NCBI GenBank assembly: GCA_963718575.1
Contig: OY970358.1
Coordinates: 98,723-162,722, forward strand
From: an uncultured bacterium
GTDB taxonomy: Bacteria; Patescibacteriota; Minisyncoccia; UBA6257; 2-01-FULL-56-20
Direction of reading: 5' to 3'
Length of the DNA stretch: 64,000 bases
Shown here piece by piece: positions 63,305 to 64,000 of this stretch. Numbering within the stretch: position 1 is the stretch's first letter; the number at the start of each line of letters is the position of its first letter. Below the pieces are notes generated by a model. That model searched no databases. It was not told the DNA's origin and saw nothing but the letters and a program-made list of their open reading frames with translations. The position numbers and the translations under genes are program-made.

Positions 63305-63646
63305 TCATTTTTCCCGTTCCGTTTCCGTCGAAGGAGAATGCTTTGTTTTATATTTTTGTATCTCCATGTGTAACTTGTTGCGCACTTCATCGATCGCTTT
63401 GCGAATATCGGATGCCGATGCTTCGCCGCGCAGGACCGCGCCGGGCAGTTCAAGATCGCCCGCCGCCATGAACACCTCTTCCCCTTTCCGATGATGCTCG
63501 GTCGTCCGGGAGACCTCCAGGTGCAGTTCCACCTCTCCCTTCCTTTCATACGGCTCCACAAACTTGGCCAGCGGCGCAAGCTTCCCCTCTATATATGTCT
63601 CTAGCGGCGGGGTCACGTCCAGGCTCTTTTTTATGGTTATGTTCAT
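63305..63646 (-). CDS. raiA: Ribosome hibernation factor HPF/RaiA
   Basis: MNITIK...TPPLETYIEGKL...HHRKG...DIRKAIDEV; upstream of secA. Confidence 0.85.
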   Translation of the reverse strand: MNITIKKSLDVTPPLETYIEGKLAPLAKFVEPYERKGEVELHLEVSRTTEHHRKGEEVFMAAGDLELPGAVLRGEASASDIRKAIDEVRNKLHMEIQKYKTKHSPSTETEREK

Positions 63647-63653
63647 AGTTTTA

Positions 63654-64000
63654 TTATAACAATTGTACCTCCTCTTCCAAAGGAATGCCGAACTTTTTAC
63701 GGACCTCCGCCTTCGCAAGCACGATGAGATTCATGACATCCGTCGATCCGGCGCCGAGCACGTTCACGATAAAGTTGGGATGCTTCGGCGAGATCATCGC
63801 GCCCCCGGTCGAGACGCCGCGCAATCCGGATTCGGAGATGAGTTTCGCCGCGGAGATCACCGGAAACGGATCGGTCTTCACGCTGAAATTTGATCCGCGC
63901 AACGCAAGCGACAATTCGCCGATCGCTTTCTTGTATTGCGCGCTCCCCGCTTTGTGCACCGCGAGCACCGGGACGTTCTTGAAGATGCTGCCGATGTTCG
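63654..64000 (-). CDS. murB: UDP-N-acetylmuramate dehydrogenase, C-terminal part
   Basis: NIGSIFKN, AAKLI..SGLRG...GGAMISPKHPNFIVN...LEEEV. Confidence 0.88.
   Translation of the reverse strand, partial: NIGSIFKNVPVLAVHKAGSAQYKKAIGELSLALRGSNFSVKTDPFPVISAAKLISESGLRGVSTGGAMISPKHPNFIVNVLGAGSTDVMNLIVLAKAEVRKKFGIPLEEEVQLL

Overview
Bacterial DNA in the standard code (TGA = stop). The gene repertoire and frequent leaderless starts suggest a Patescibacteria/CPR (Parcubacteria-like) genome; this is an inference. About 1.7-20.5 kb is an accessory, probably integrative element. It carries a Type I R-M operon, two divergent paralogous large serine recombinases (LSRs), a NucS-like/DUF5655 nuclease, a Zn-finger/wHTH protein, an operon of MerR-HTH SF2 helicase + small Zn-finger + DUF2779 nuclease, and terminase small/large genes with no portal, capsid or tail genes. 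The most striking unexplained signal lies between the two LSRs. It is a ~150-nt multi-stem, pseudoknot-capable element (10485-10633) with GNRA tetraloops. It contains one of three direct copies of a GCCGCAA(Y)GGC..AAG(T)CCAGC motif; the others are at 9304 and 10367. The rest (20.9-64 kb) is host-like: surface proteins, pilin, Zn/Mn ABC transporter, LexA-like repressor, DEAD-box helicase, two ECF sigma/anti-sigma modules, efflux systems, GH130 enzymes, PGI/PMI, a Doc-type TA pair, a Zwf-Gnd fusion, secA, hpf and murB. Many genes after ~28 kb, including secA, have small frameshifts that are most likely sequencing or assembly errors. All product calls come from motif recognition by eye, not database searches.
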